Below, one piece after another: positions 8,668-16,996 of a stretch of DNA of 64,000 nucleotides. The position numbers were made by a program, and so were the translations under genes. The notes under the pieces were generated by a model that made no database searches, had not been told where the DNA came from, and saw only the letters and a list, made by a program, of their open reading frames with translations. Source of the DNA: an uncultured Gammaproteobacteria bacterium (GTDB lineage Bacteria > Pseudomonadota > Gammaproteobacteria > UBA9214); the NCBI GenBank assembly GCA_963824045.1, contig CAWGNW010000006.1:6099-70098 (forward strand), written 5' to 3'. How positions within the stretch are numbered: position 1 is the stretch's first letter; each line of letters opens with the position of its first letter.

Positions 8668-9389
8668 GGTATGACTCCGAGATGGTCCAGCGCCGGGGAC
8701 CGGTCCTGGCCGACCAGGTGCAGCGAGGGTGGCCCCGCGTTCAGCCTGCCATCCTGCAGGTGCAGGTTCAGGCAATTCGGGCATTCGGCCTTCGAGAGTT
8801 CATGACTGGTGACCATGATGGCGAGCTCGTCATTGAGGATTTCCTGCAGCAGCATCCAGGTCTGCTGGCGGAACTCGCTGTCCATGTTCGCGGTCGGTTC
8901 GTCCAGCAGCAGCACCCGCGGCTGCAACAGCCAGGCCCGCGCCAGCGCCAGGCGCTGTTGTTCGCCGCCGGAGAGCGTCCGTGCATTGCGCTGTGCCGCG
9001 TGGTCGAGTCCTATCCGCTCCAGCATCACGGCGACCGCCCGCCGGCGCCGGGCGCGGGGCACGCCGGTCACCCGCAAGCCGTAGCCGAGGTTGTCTGTCA
9101 CCGTGTCATCGAACATATAGGGATGTTGATGCAGGTAGACCACGTCACGGCGCAGCCGCTGGCGTACCGCCTGCCACGGCTGGCTGCGGTGATCCAGCGA
9201 GACGTCACAGCAGTCGGGGGGCTCCAGACCGGCGAGGATCTTGAGCAGCGTCGTCTTGCCCGCTCCGTTGCGGCCGGTGAGATGCACAATGCGACCGGGC
9301 ACCAGCGTCAGCCGGCCGATCGACAGCACGTGCCGTTCATGGTAGTGCTTTTCGAGCCGCGAAAAGCACAGCTGGCCGTCGTTGTTCAT
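8664..9389 (-). CDS. tupC: tungstate-type ABC transporter ATP-binding protein
   Basis: 241 aa with Walker A GRNGAGKTTLL, signature LSGGEQQRLALAR and Walker B LLLDEPT. ATG 9389 overlaps the permease stop. It follows tupA-tupB. Confidence 0.8.
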   Translation of the reverse strand: MNNDGQLCFSRLEKHYHERHVLSIGRLTLVPGRIVHLTGRNGAGKTTLLKILAGLEPPDCCDVSLDHRSQPWQAVRQRLRRDVVYLHQHPYMFDDTVTDNLGYGLRVTGVPRARRRRAVAVMLERIGLDHAAQRNARTLSGGEQQRLALARAWLLQPRVLLLDEPTANMDSEFRQQTWMLLQEILNDELAIMVTSHELSKAECPNCLNLHLQDGRLNAGPPSLHLVGQDRSPALDHLGVIP

Positions 9390-10087
9390 GCCGCCTGCGC
9401 CTCGCGGCGCTGCAGCAGGTTGAGCGTCAGGTTCAGCCCGAATGCCAGCGTGACCAGCACCATCCCCAGGGCAATTCCCTCGGCAAAATGCCCCTTGCTG
9501 GTTTCCAGGGCGATCGCCGTGGGGATGTTGCGGGTGTGGCCTGCAATGTTGCCGCCCACCATCATGGAGGTGCCGATTTCCGAGATAATCCGGCCGAACC
9601 CGGCAATCACCGCCACCAGCAGGCCAAAGCGCACCTCGTGGATCAGCGTCAGCATCGCTCGCGGTCGGCCGGCGCCGAGTGTCAGCGCGGTTTCCCAGGC
9701 GCGGCGGTCGGCCGCGCGGATGGCGGCATAGCCCATCGCAACCAGGATGGGAAAGCACAGCACGATCTGACCGATCACCATGGCGGTCTGGGTGAACAGC
9801 AGCCGCAGGTCGCCCAGGGGGCCGCTGCGCGAGAGCAGCAGGTAGATGAGCAGGCCGACGACGACAGCCGGCAGCGCCATCAGCGTCTCGAAGATGGAAA
9901 CCACCAGTCGGCGTCCGGGGAAAGAGACGTAGGCGAGCAGAAACGCGAGCAGCAGGGCGAACGGTGTGGCGCACAGGATCGCCTTGAGCGAGACCCGGAA
10001 CGAGATGCCGATGATCGTCCACAGGTCCCGATCCCCCGTCAGGAGCAGGTGAAATGCCTCGTGTGTGGGCTGCAGCAGACTGTCCAT
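9386..10087 (-). CDS. tupB: tungstate-type ABC transporter permease
   Basis: Multi-TM permease with EAA-like loop region (AAIRAADRRAWETALTLGAGR). Sits between tupA and tupC. ATG 10087 is preferred over TTG 10099. Confidence 0.8.
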   Translation of the reverse strand: MDSLLQPTHEAFHLLLTGDRDLWTIIGISFRVSLKAILCATPFALLLAFLLAYVSFPGRRLVVSIFETLMALPAVVVGLLIYLLLSRSGPLGDLRLLFTQTAMVIGQIVLCFPILVAMGYAAIRAADRRAWETALTLGAGRPRAMLTLIHEVRFGLLVAVIAGFGRIISEIGTSMMVGGNIAGHTRNIPTAIALETSKGHFAEGIALGMVLVTLAFGLNLTLNLLQRREAQAA

Positions 10088-10099
10088 AGCGACCCGCAA

Positions 10100-10925
10100 T
10101 CAGCGTGTGCCCGGATTCGTGATGGCCAGAGGCGTAAACAGGGCCTGGCCGTCGATCCGGTAATCCGCGATCATCCGCTGGCCCTCGCGCGAGGTGATCC
10201 AGGCGATGAAGGTCATCGCGCCGGTATAGTTGGTATCCGGATAGCGTTCGGGATTGACGGCGATCACGGCATACGGATTGTACAGGGCCGGGTCCTTCTC
10301 GAAGAGAATCTTCAGCGGCGATTTGGCGCGGTAGGCCAGCCAGGTGCCCCGGTCGGTGAGGGTATAGCCGTCGAGTTCACCGGTTATCTGCAATACCTTG
10401 CCCATGCCCTGTCCGGCCTCGCGATACCAGTCGCCCGCGGGTTTGACGCCCGCTTTCTGCCAGAGTGCGAGCTCTTTTTTATTGGTGCCGGAGTCGTCGC
10501 CGCGGGACACGAATATCGCCCGGGATTTTGCGATCCTTGCCAGCGCGTCGGCGGCGTCCTTGCTCTGTGCAACCGCCGCGGGATCGGCTGGCGGACCGAT
10601 GATGACGAAGTCGTTATACATCACCGGGCGGCGGTTCACGCCGCAGCCCTCATCGACAAACTTCTGTTCCGCCGCCGGTGCATGCACCAGCACGACATCG
10701 ACATCACCGTTGCAGCCGAGTCGCAATGCCTGTCCGGTGCCGACGGCCAGCACCTGGACATCGAGGCCGCTGCGCGATTCGAATTTCGGCAGGATCACCT
10801 TCAGCAAGCCGGAGTTTTCGGTGCTGGTGGTCGTGGCCATGCGCAATACCGCGGGGATCGGCCTGCACACTCAGGCTGCTGAGGCACAGCCACACGAATA
10901 AAAGACCTGGAAGTGCTCGTTTCAT
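10100..10925 (-). pseudogene. tupA: tupA (periplasmic tungstate-binding protein) interrupted by a +1 frameshift between signal peptide and mature domain
   Basis: The signal peptide MKRALPGLLFVWLCLSSLSVQA (ATG 10925, GGGAGG RBS) is out of frame with the mature part (...AVLRMATTTSTENSGLLKV..., TTTS motif, stop 10100-10102). Removing one C from the CCCC run (plus-strand GGGG 10853-10856) gives ...SVQADPAVLRMATTTSTENSG. Confidence 0.8.
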
Positions 10926-11527
10926 AACAGAACCTCCCTGTGTGCAGTGGTTGATGAGCAGACGGGTGCGGCATCTGCAACAGATATGCGGTGTCGCAGT
11001 GACTGGGCATGCAAGTCGAGTGCCACGCGGCGAATGTCCGCCGGCCGCTGTGTGCGGTCGCGCCGGTGTATGGGCAGAAACCTGTCCGCGTCAGCCGTGC
11101 GTCGCGAGACGGGTGGGGAATCCGGGGGAATGCATTTCAACCGTTCGCGAGGCATGGCGATGCTATTTCGCGTGAAGGAGGGTGTAAACGTGGCGATTTC
11201 CTGCCGCCGTCGCAGCCACAGGATTATTCATTCTCAGCTCAGGATTCTTGACGACTCAAAGGCCCCTGCTATGGTTAATGTGAGGTCTTCGGTCAATCAG
11301 GTCATGAAATCATCGGCATATCAGCCTGGACCAGCCGGGTGTCTGGTGGTGTATTTTGACCCAGTCAGTGAAGATGCTGGATCGCTTTGACGCAGCGCTC
11401 CGGGCACTTGCAACCTCGTTTCGAAGCAGCATTGCCAGGGTGGCCATGATGGTGACACGACAGGACGCTATTCAGGTGAATCCTCACGAAGCCGCCGACG
11501 ACGTTTCGGGACCAGGGGCGCAGGCTG

Positions 11528-12871
11528 TTGTCGGTGCTGCTCGTGGAACCCGATGCAGTGCGCAGCGAACGGCTCAAGCGGACACTGAAGCCGGTCTGTG
11601 CGCTGGTAGAAGCGGCGCCAACTCCGGCGCATGCGGAGGCCCTGTCCCGGCGCTGCCACTTCGACCTGTTCGTGGTTAGCCTGAGCCAGCCCGGCAGTCG
11701 CATCCTCGAGTGGTTGCAGCTGCTGCGTGATCGGGGTGAAAGCGCCGAGATCGTTCTGACTTCCGAGTACGCCGACGTTGAGACCGCCATCAGCGCGCTG
11801 CGTGCCGGCGCATCGGACCTGCTGATCAAGCCCTTCCGGGACGAACAGCTGCTCGAGGCAATCCGGCGCTGCCTGCGGCGGCGCCAGCAGATGCACGAGA
11901 ATTACCTGGCGCGCTGCGGCAAGCCGCGGGATCCTGCCGCTGAAGGCCTGATCGGCGAAAGCCCCGCGATACGCCAGGTGCTCGAGGTGATCGAACGCGT
12001 CGCCCCGACTTCCTCGACCCTGCTGTTACAGGGCGAGACCGGGACAGGCAAGGAACTCGTCGCGCACGCCATCCATCAGCGCAGTGGACGCAAGGGACAG
12101 TTCGTTGCCGTGAATTGCGGGGCGATTCCCTCCGAGTTGCTGGACAGTGAACTGTTCGGGCACATCCGCGGCGCCTTTACCGGTGCGCATGTGTCCCGTT
12201 CCGGCCTGTTTGTGTGTGCCGACAACGGCACGATCTTCCTGGACGAAATCGGCGAACTGCCCTTGCCGATGCAGGCCAACCTGCTGCGTGTGCTGGAGGA
12301 GCGGCGGGTGCGCCCCGTTGGCGGCAACCAGGAGCGCGCGGTGAACTGTCGGGTGATCGCGGCCAGCAATACGCCGCTGGAGGCCAGGGTCCGGGAAGGC
12401 GAGTTCCGCGAGGACCTGTACTTCCGCCTGAATGTGCTGCCGATTCAGGTGCCGTCCCTGCGCGAGCGCGTCGGTGACATACCACTGCTGGTCACGCATT
12501 TCATGCGCCTGCTCAGCCCCGAACTGGGTACGCCGCCGCTGCCGGTTACCCAGACGGAACTGAAGCGCCTGCAGGACCATCACTGGCCCGGGAACGTGCG
12601 CGAGCTGCGCAACCTGGTGGAACGGGCCCTGCTGCTGGGCAAGCCGCTGCTGTCATGTTGTGGCTGGGACGCGGATGGCGACCCGCCGGGTCGGGAAGCG
12701 GCGCTGCGGCAGCAGTTTCCACTGAACTGGAGTCTTTCGGAAGTCAGCAAGCAGCATGTACTCAGCGTGCTGAAAAGTGTCGGCGGCAACAAGTCCGAGG
12801 CGGCCCGGCGCCTGCATATCTCCCGCAAGACCCTCGAGCGCAAGATTCAGGTCTGGAACGACAAGTCATGA
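11528..12871 (+). CDS. sigma-54-dependent transcriptional activator (NtrC family) with atypical receiver domain
   Basis: REC-like N-terminus, then an AAA+ domain (GETGTGKE Walker A, GAFTGA loop, DSELFGH). The C-terminus is a Fis-type HTH (NKSEAARRLHISRKTLERKI). TTG 11528 is the track start; the true start is uncertain. Confidence 0.85.
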   Translation: MSVLLVEPDAVRSERLKRTLKPVCALVEAAPTPAHAEALSRRCHFDLFVVSLSQPGSRILEWLQLLRDRGESAEIVLTSEYADVETAISALRAGASDLLIKPFRDEQLLEAIRRCLRRRQQMHENYLARCGKPRDPAAEGLIGESPAIRQVLEVIERVAPTSSTLLLQGETGTGKELVAHAIHQRSGRKGQFVAVNCGAIPSELLDSELFGHIRGAFTGAHVSRSGLFVCADNGTIFLDEIGELPLPMQANLLRVLEERRVRPVGGNQERAVNCRVIAASNTPLEARVREGEFREDLYFRLNVLPIQVPSLRERVGDIPLLVTHFMRLLSPELGTPPLPVTQTELKRLQDHHWPGNVRELRNLVERALLLGKPLLSCCGWDADGDPPGREAALRQQFPLNWSLSEVSKQHVLSVLKSVGGNKSEAARRLHISRKTLERKIQVWNDKS

Positions 12872-13051
12872 AGCGCAGTACGCCGCCGACAGTCGCGAGC
12901 ACCCGCGGGCGGGTTGTGCAGGACTGAAACACGCATTCGGGAGAGTCACATCCGGTCGTTGTGTATCGCGTTGTCCGTCGAGTGGGACATTATGTCGCAG
13001 CCGGTTTGCGGCAGTTTCAGGTAACTCCAAGATTTGTAAGGCAACACGGGC

Positions 13052-13067
13052 TGGTATGCCTCTTGCG
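13052..13067 (+). promoter_or_regulatory. sigma-54 (-24/-12) promoter of the FDH operon
   Basis: TGGTATGCCTCTTGCG aligns position by position with TGGCACG-N4-TTGCW (GG 13053-13054, GC 13065-13066). It lies 25 nt upstream of ATG 13092 and immediately downstream of the sigma-54 activator gene. Confidence 0.6.
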
Positions 13068-13091
13068 CAGGTAACAGTGTCCTGATAAGTC

Positions 13092-13619
13092 ATGGAGACA
13101 CCTGTGCAACCCGATGTCCGTTTTCCCCTGTCGGCGGTGATGGAATGTACGCGCTCGAAGCGGGGTCCCTGGCGCCTGCCGGTGTGGCGCCTGATCGGCT
13201 TTGTCGCCGGACAGGCCGTGACAGGCGAACGTCCACAGCGCTTGCCGGTGCACAACGACGGAGGACGGTCACAATGGCTGTGGACAGGACTGAACCTTGC
13301 CCTGTTCCGCGATTCCGCCGAGAGCTACTGGTACAACCTCGTAGGGCGCCGGCCGTCCCTGTTCCTGGTCTGCCGTGAGGAGGCTACAGGCGAGCTGACG
13401 CCGTTTACCGTTACCGCGAACTACGACGAGGCCGGTGCCCACATGGAGGCCGATGACCAGGTCTTTTCCGCGCCTGTCCCGCCGGAATTGCACCTGCAGC
13501 TGGAAACCTTCGTGATGCAGCACTACCGGCCGCAGCCACCGGTAAAACGCAAACGCGTCAACTGGACCGAGAAGGCCGACGATGTCTGGAAACCATCCCC
13601 ACGACTCGCCCGACCCTGA
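13092..13619 (+). CDS. DUF3305-like protein (uncharacterised, FDH-cluster associated)
   Basis: 175 aa, no signal peptide, first gene after the sigma-54 promoter. Features such as WRLPVWRLIGFV and ESYWYNL match my recollection of DUF3305 proteins found beside DUF3306 in FDH clusters. Confidence 0.55.
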   Translation: METPVQPDVRFPLSAVMECTRSKRGPWRLPVWRLIGFVAGQAVTGERPQRLPVHNDGGRSQWLWTGLNLALFRDSAESYWYNLVGRRPSLFLVCREEATGELTPFTVTANYDEAGAHMEADDQVFSAPVPPELHLQLETFVMQHYRPQPPVKRKRVNWTEKADDVWKPSPRLARP

Positions 13620-14139
13620 CGCCGCCGCGTCCGGGTTTCTCACGCGCTGGAGCGAGCGCAAGCGTGCCCCGGTGCAACGCGATAAGGAGGCGCCACCCGC
13701 AGTGCCGGGGGCGGGGGCTGGTGTGGAGCCGTCTGAAACCGGCGAGGCGCAGCAGGTGCTCACTGACCAGGATATGCCGAGCCTGGAGTCGCTGGACGAG
13801 GAGAGTGATTACAGCGGTTTTCTTTCTCCCGGCGTAAGCCGCGAGCTGCAGCGACTGGCGCTGCGCAAGCTGTTCAGCGCCGCCAAGTTCCAGGTGCGTG
13901 ACGGCCTGGACGATTACGACACGGACTATAACCTGCTGCAACCCCTGCGCCGGGTGCTGGCCGGGGTGACGCAGGAGGAAGTGGCGCAGCAGCTGCAACG
14001 TGCCACCGGCCAACTCGGGGTTGGCGACGAAGCGGCCGCGGGCCCCGGCGCCACTGAACCGGCCCGGACCGATGCAGATCCACCGCAACAGGATCCCGCC
14101 TCGAAACCGCCGCCGGGCCGCACGCAGGAGACCGGCTAA
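13582..14139 (+). CDS. DUF3306-like protein (uncharacterised)
   Basis: 185 aa. The N-terminal GFLTRWSERKR resembles the FLSRWSRRK motif I recall for DUF3306. Acidic/Pro-rich low-complexity regions are present. It overlaps the previous gene by 38 nt, and its TAA overlaps the next ATG (TAATG). Confidence 0.55.
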   Translation: MSGNHPHDSPDPDAAASGFLTRWSERKRAPVQRDKEAPPAVPGAGAGVEPSETGEAQQVLTDQDMPSLESLDEESDYSGFLSPGVSRELQRLALRKLFSAAKFQVRDGLDDYDTDYNLLQPLRRVLAGVTQEEVAQQLQRATGQLGVGDEAAAGPGATEPARTDADPPQQDPASKPPPGRTQETG

Positions 14140-15836
14140 TGACGACAGCAACCGACACGCGGAAGCCGCTTCCGAGTCTGACCGCCAATGGACGTGCCCG
14201 CGCCGCCGCCCTGCAGGCACACACCGCGCCGGGCACGGGTGCGGGTACCGTCAGTTACCGGTCTCGGGGCAACCTGCTGATCATCGGCGCCCTGCAGGAG
14301 GCCGTGTCCTGTGCCCGGGCGCTGCAGCCGGCGCTGCATTGCGTGCTGCTGATCGAACCGGGAACCGGCCGCAACGCGTCTGTCCCGCAGGACATCACCC
14401 TGGTCGAAGGGCGGCTGAAGCAGCTTGACGGGCATTTAGGCAGCTTCGCTGTCCGTATCGAGCGCGACGGACAGGAACTGAATGCGGCCCGCCTGTTCGG
14501 CGCACAGACCGATTCTGTTGACCTGGTCCTGGACCTCTCCGTCCTGCCGTTTCTCGATCGGGAGGTGCTGCCGCCCGGTTATTACGCGCCCGGGGGGCCA
14601 CGGGGGCTCGCCCCGGTGCTGGACGAACTGCGCGAACTGGTTGGCGAGTTCGAGAAGCCGAAATTCTACGACTACGATTCCGCGATCTGTGCGCATGGCC
14701 GCAGCGGGCTGGCCGGCTGCCGGCGCTGCCTCGACGCCTGCCCCACGCAGGCGATTCATTCGCTGGGAGAACTGATCGAAGTCGATCCCTGGCTTTGCCA
14801 GGGCGCCGGCAGTTGTGCGAGCGCCTGCCCCACCGGTGCGATCCGCTACGCATATCCGGATACCGCTAGCCTGCTGACCTCGGTGCGGGATGCCCTGAGT
14901 CACTATCGGCAGGCGGGCGGCTCCGACCCGCAGGTCATTTTTTTCGACAGCGCCAGCGGCCGGGAGGTCCTGGAGACACTGGCCACGCAACTGCCCGAGT
15001 CGGCAATGCCATTCCAGATCGAGGAACCCGGATCGGTCGGTATCGATACCTGGCTGGCAACGCTCGCCTACGGTGCGCGGCGCGTCGTGCTGTTCACCAC
15101 CGGCTCCATCCCGCCTTCCGTGCTGCGCGAGATCTCGTTGCAGATCAGCTACGCCAGAGCGATTCTGGGCGGCATGGGCTACCAGCGCGATTGCCTGCAG
15201 CTGGTGCTGAACGGGGACCGGGATGGCGCCCTGGTCGAGACGCTGGGGCGGTGGTTGCCGCCGCCCGCTATTGCACCCGCCGGCTTCATGCCCTTCAACG
15301 AAAAACGCACGACGCTCGGCCTTGCCATTGACCATCTGCATGCACAGGCGCCCGATCCCGGGTCGCTGGCGAGTCTGCCAGACGACGCGCCCTTCGGTGC
15401 CATCGAAATCGATGCCGGCCTGTGCACGCTGTGCATGGCGTGCGTTGCCGTGTGTCCCGCCAGGGCCCTGTATGCGGGCGACGGGCGGCCGGCCCTGCAG
15501 TTCATCGAGGCCAACTGTGTGCAGTGCGGGCTGTGCCACACCGCCTGTCCGGAGGATGCCGTCAGGCTGCTGCCGCGCATCGACTACGATGGCGAGCGCC
15601 GCCGCCGGTTGCGCACCCTGCACGAGGAAGCCCCGTTCTGTTGCATTCGTTGCGGAAAACCCTTTGCGACCCGTGCCGTGGTGCAGCGCCTGACGGAGCG
15701 CCTGGAGCAACACTGGATGTTCCGCGATGAGCGCGCGCGCCAGCGCATCCTGATGTGCCAGGACTGCAAGGTGCTGGACATGTTCGAGCAGGAGGGAAGC
15801 CCCAATGTCTATGACAAGCCGGTTGCAGACGCCTGA
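14139..15836 (+). CDS. 565-aa cytoplasmic multi-[4Fe-4S] ferredoxin-domain protein
   Basis: Two canonical CX2CX2CX3CP motifs (CTLCMACVAVCP, CVQCGLCHTACP) and two variant ones (CRRCLDACP, CQGAGSCASACP). The C-terminus has a CCIRC...CQDC zinc-ribbon-like end. No signal or TAT peptide. Confidence 0.8.
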   Translation: MTTATDTRKPLPSLTANGRARAAALQAHTAPGTGAGTVSYRSRGNLLIIGALQEAVSCARALQPALHCVLLIEPGTGRNASVPQDITLVEGRLKQLDGHLGSFAVRIERDGQELNAARLFGAQTDSVDLVLDLSVLPFLDREVLPPGYYAPGGPRGLAPVLDELRELVGEFEKPKFYDYDSAICAHGRSGLAGCRRCLDACPTQAIHSLGELIEVDPWLCQGAGSCASACPTGAIRYAYPDTASLLTSVRDALSHYRQAGGSDPQVIFFDSASGREVLETLATQLPESAMPFQIEEPGSVGIDTWLATLAYGARRVVLFTTGSIPPSVLREISLQISYARAILGGMGYQRDCLQLVLNGDRDGALVETLGRWLPPPAIAPAGFMPFNEKRTTLGLAIDHLHAQAPDPGSLASLPDDAPFGAIEIDAGLCTLCMACVAVCPARALYAGDGRPALQFIEANCVQCGLCHTACPEDAVRLLPRIDYDGERRRRLRTLHEEAPFCCIRCGKPFATRAVVQRLTERLEQHWMFRDERARQRILMCQDCKVLDMFEQEGSPNVYDKPVADA

Positions 15837-15980
15837 CGCCATTGCGGGAACTGGCCCGGTTGTACCCGGCGTGGGTCATTTTGTCCGTGGTCAGGCGTCG
15901 GCTGCGGCTCCGGCAGACGGTAATCCGGTCCGTCTCACGGACTTTGTTCCATCGCAACACGGCACAGGAGTTGCAGCACC

Positions 15981-16649
15981 ATGAGTGGGCCGGTACAGAC
16001 ACCGGGCGGGAGTCTCTCGATGGAGCTGGCGTATTCACAGCAGGCGGGTATGGGGACAATGACGATGCCGCAAGCGGAGCACGACGGCGTGCGTGCCGGC
16101 ATGTACGGCCTGCTGGCCCACCTGCTCGCAAAACCGCCGTCACCACAGTTGCTGGGGCTGCTCGACGGGATCGAGGAGGACGGCAGCGTTGCGGACGACC
16201 TGGCTACCGCGTGGCAGCTGCTCAGGGTGGCTGCCCGTGACCACAATCCGGTGGCCATCGACGACGAGTATCACACCCTGTTTATCGGCATCGGGCGCGG
16301 CGAGGTGGTTCCCTATGCCTCGTGGTATCTGACCGGTTTCCTCATGGACCGTCCGCTTGCTTACCTGCGCCGCGACCTGAACGTGCTCGGGATCGAGCGC
16401 CAGCCCGGCACGCACGATCCGGAGGATCACGCGGCGTCACTGTGTGAAAGCATGCGTGTGATCATTGCCGCGGGGGACATTCCGTTTGCGACCGAGCGGC
16501 AGTTCTTCCTCAACCATATCGCCTCCTGGATGCCGGTGTTTTTCCAGGACCTGCAGCAGGCAAGGGCGGCCTGCCTGTATGCCGCGGTAGGCGGACTGGG
16601 TGAGGCATTTCTGAAGTTCGAGAACCGGTATTTTGAACTGGAAGACTGA
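15981..16649 (+). CDS. TorD/DmsD-family redox-enzyme maturation chaperone
   Basis: 222 aa with YGLLAHLLAKPPS...EYHTLFIG...VPYASWY...EDHAASLCESM, typical of TorD-like REMPs. Sits directly upstream of the TAT-dependent FDH subunits. Confidence 0.8.
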   Translation: MSGPVQTPGGSLSMELAYSQQAGMGTMTMPQAEHDGVRAGMYGLLAHLLAKPPSPQLLGLLDGIEEDGSVADDLATAWQLLRVAARDHNPVAIDDEYHTLFIGIGRGEVVPYASWYLTGFLMDRPLAYLRRDLNVLGIERQPGTHDPEDHAASLCESMRVIIAAGDIPFATERQFFLNHIASWMPVFFQDLQQARAACLYAAVGGLGEAFLKFENRYFELED

Positions 16650-16700
16650 GGGGTTGCCGGCAGGCGGCCTGAACGATTTGCTTCCCTGAAGGAGCGCGAC

Positions 16701-16916
16701 ATGAACAGGCAAGACGAGACATTCCGGGGACGGCGCCGGTTCCTCAGGCAGACCGTGACAGCAGCCGGGAGCGGTGTGCTGGTGTTGTTGGCGGCGGGAG
16801 AGGAGAACGCCGGACACTCGCAGCCCGGGGACGCACGTGCCGACGCCGCACCCGTCTCGCAGGGTTACCGGGTGACCGACCATATCCGGAGCTATTACGC
16901 GACGCTGCGGTCGTAA
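16701..16916 (+). CDS. small twin-arginine signal protein ('formate dehydrogenase region TAT target' type)
   Basis: 71 aa with RGRRRFL plus a hydrophobic stretch, and a C-terminal GYRVTDHIRSYY. An AAGGAG RBS lies 6 nt upstream. Confidence 0.7.
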   Translation: MNRQDETFRGRRRFLRQTVTAAGSGVLVLLAAGEENAGHSQPGDARADAAPVSQGYRVTDHIRSYYATLRS

Positions 16917-16996
16917 GCCGGGCGGCATATCCGCCATCCGGACAGTCAGCGTCGAAGCCGGCCAGTCGCCGGCAATGCAACACAGGAGATCAGGCA

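Noticed and set aside
6449-10882. Long plus-strand ORFs (6449-7882, 477 aa; 8170-8805; 8682-9731; 9488-10882, 464 aa) running antisense to moaA, mobA and tupCBA
   Set aside because: They lie opposite genes with unmistakable family motifs. Their translations are Arg/Gly/His/Gln-rich low-complexity sequence typical of antisense frames in high-GC DNA, and they have no RBS or recognisable domains.
11248-11275. Sigma-70-like promoter TTGACG-N16-TATGGT between tupA and the sigma-54 activator gene
   Set aside because: It is a reasonable match, but it lies 250 nt from the nearest start codon and has no supporting evidence. Similar hexamer pairs occur by chance, so it is not listed as a feature.
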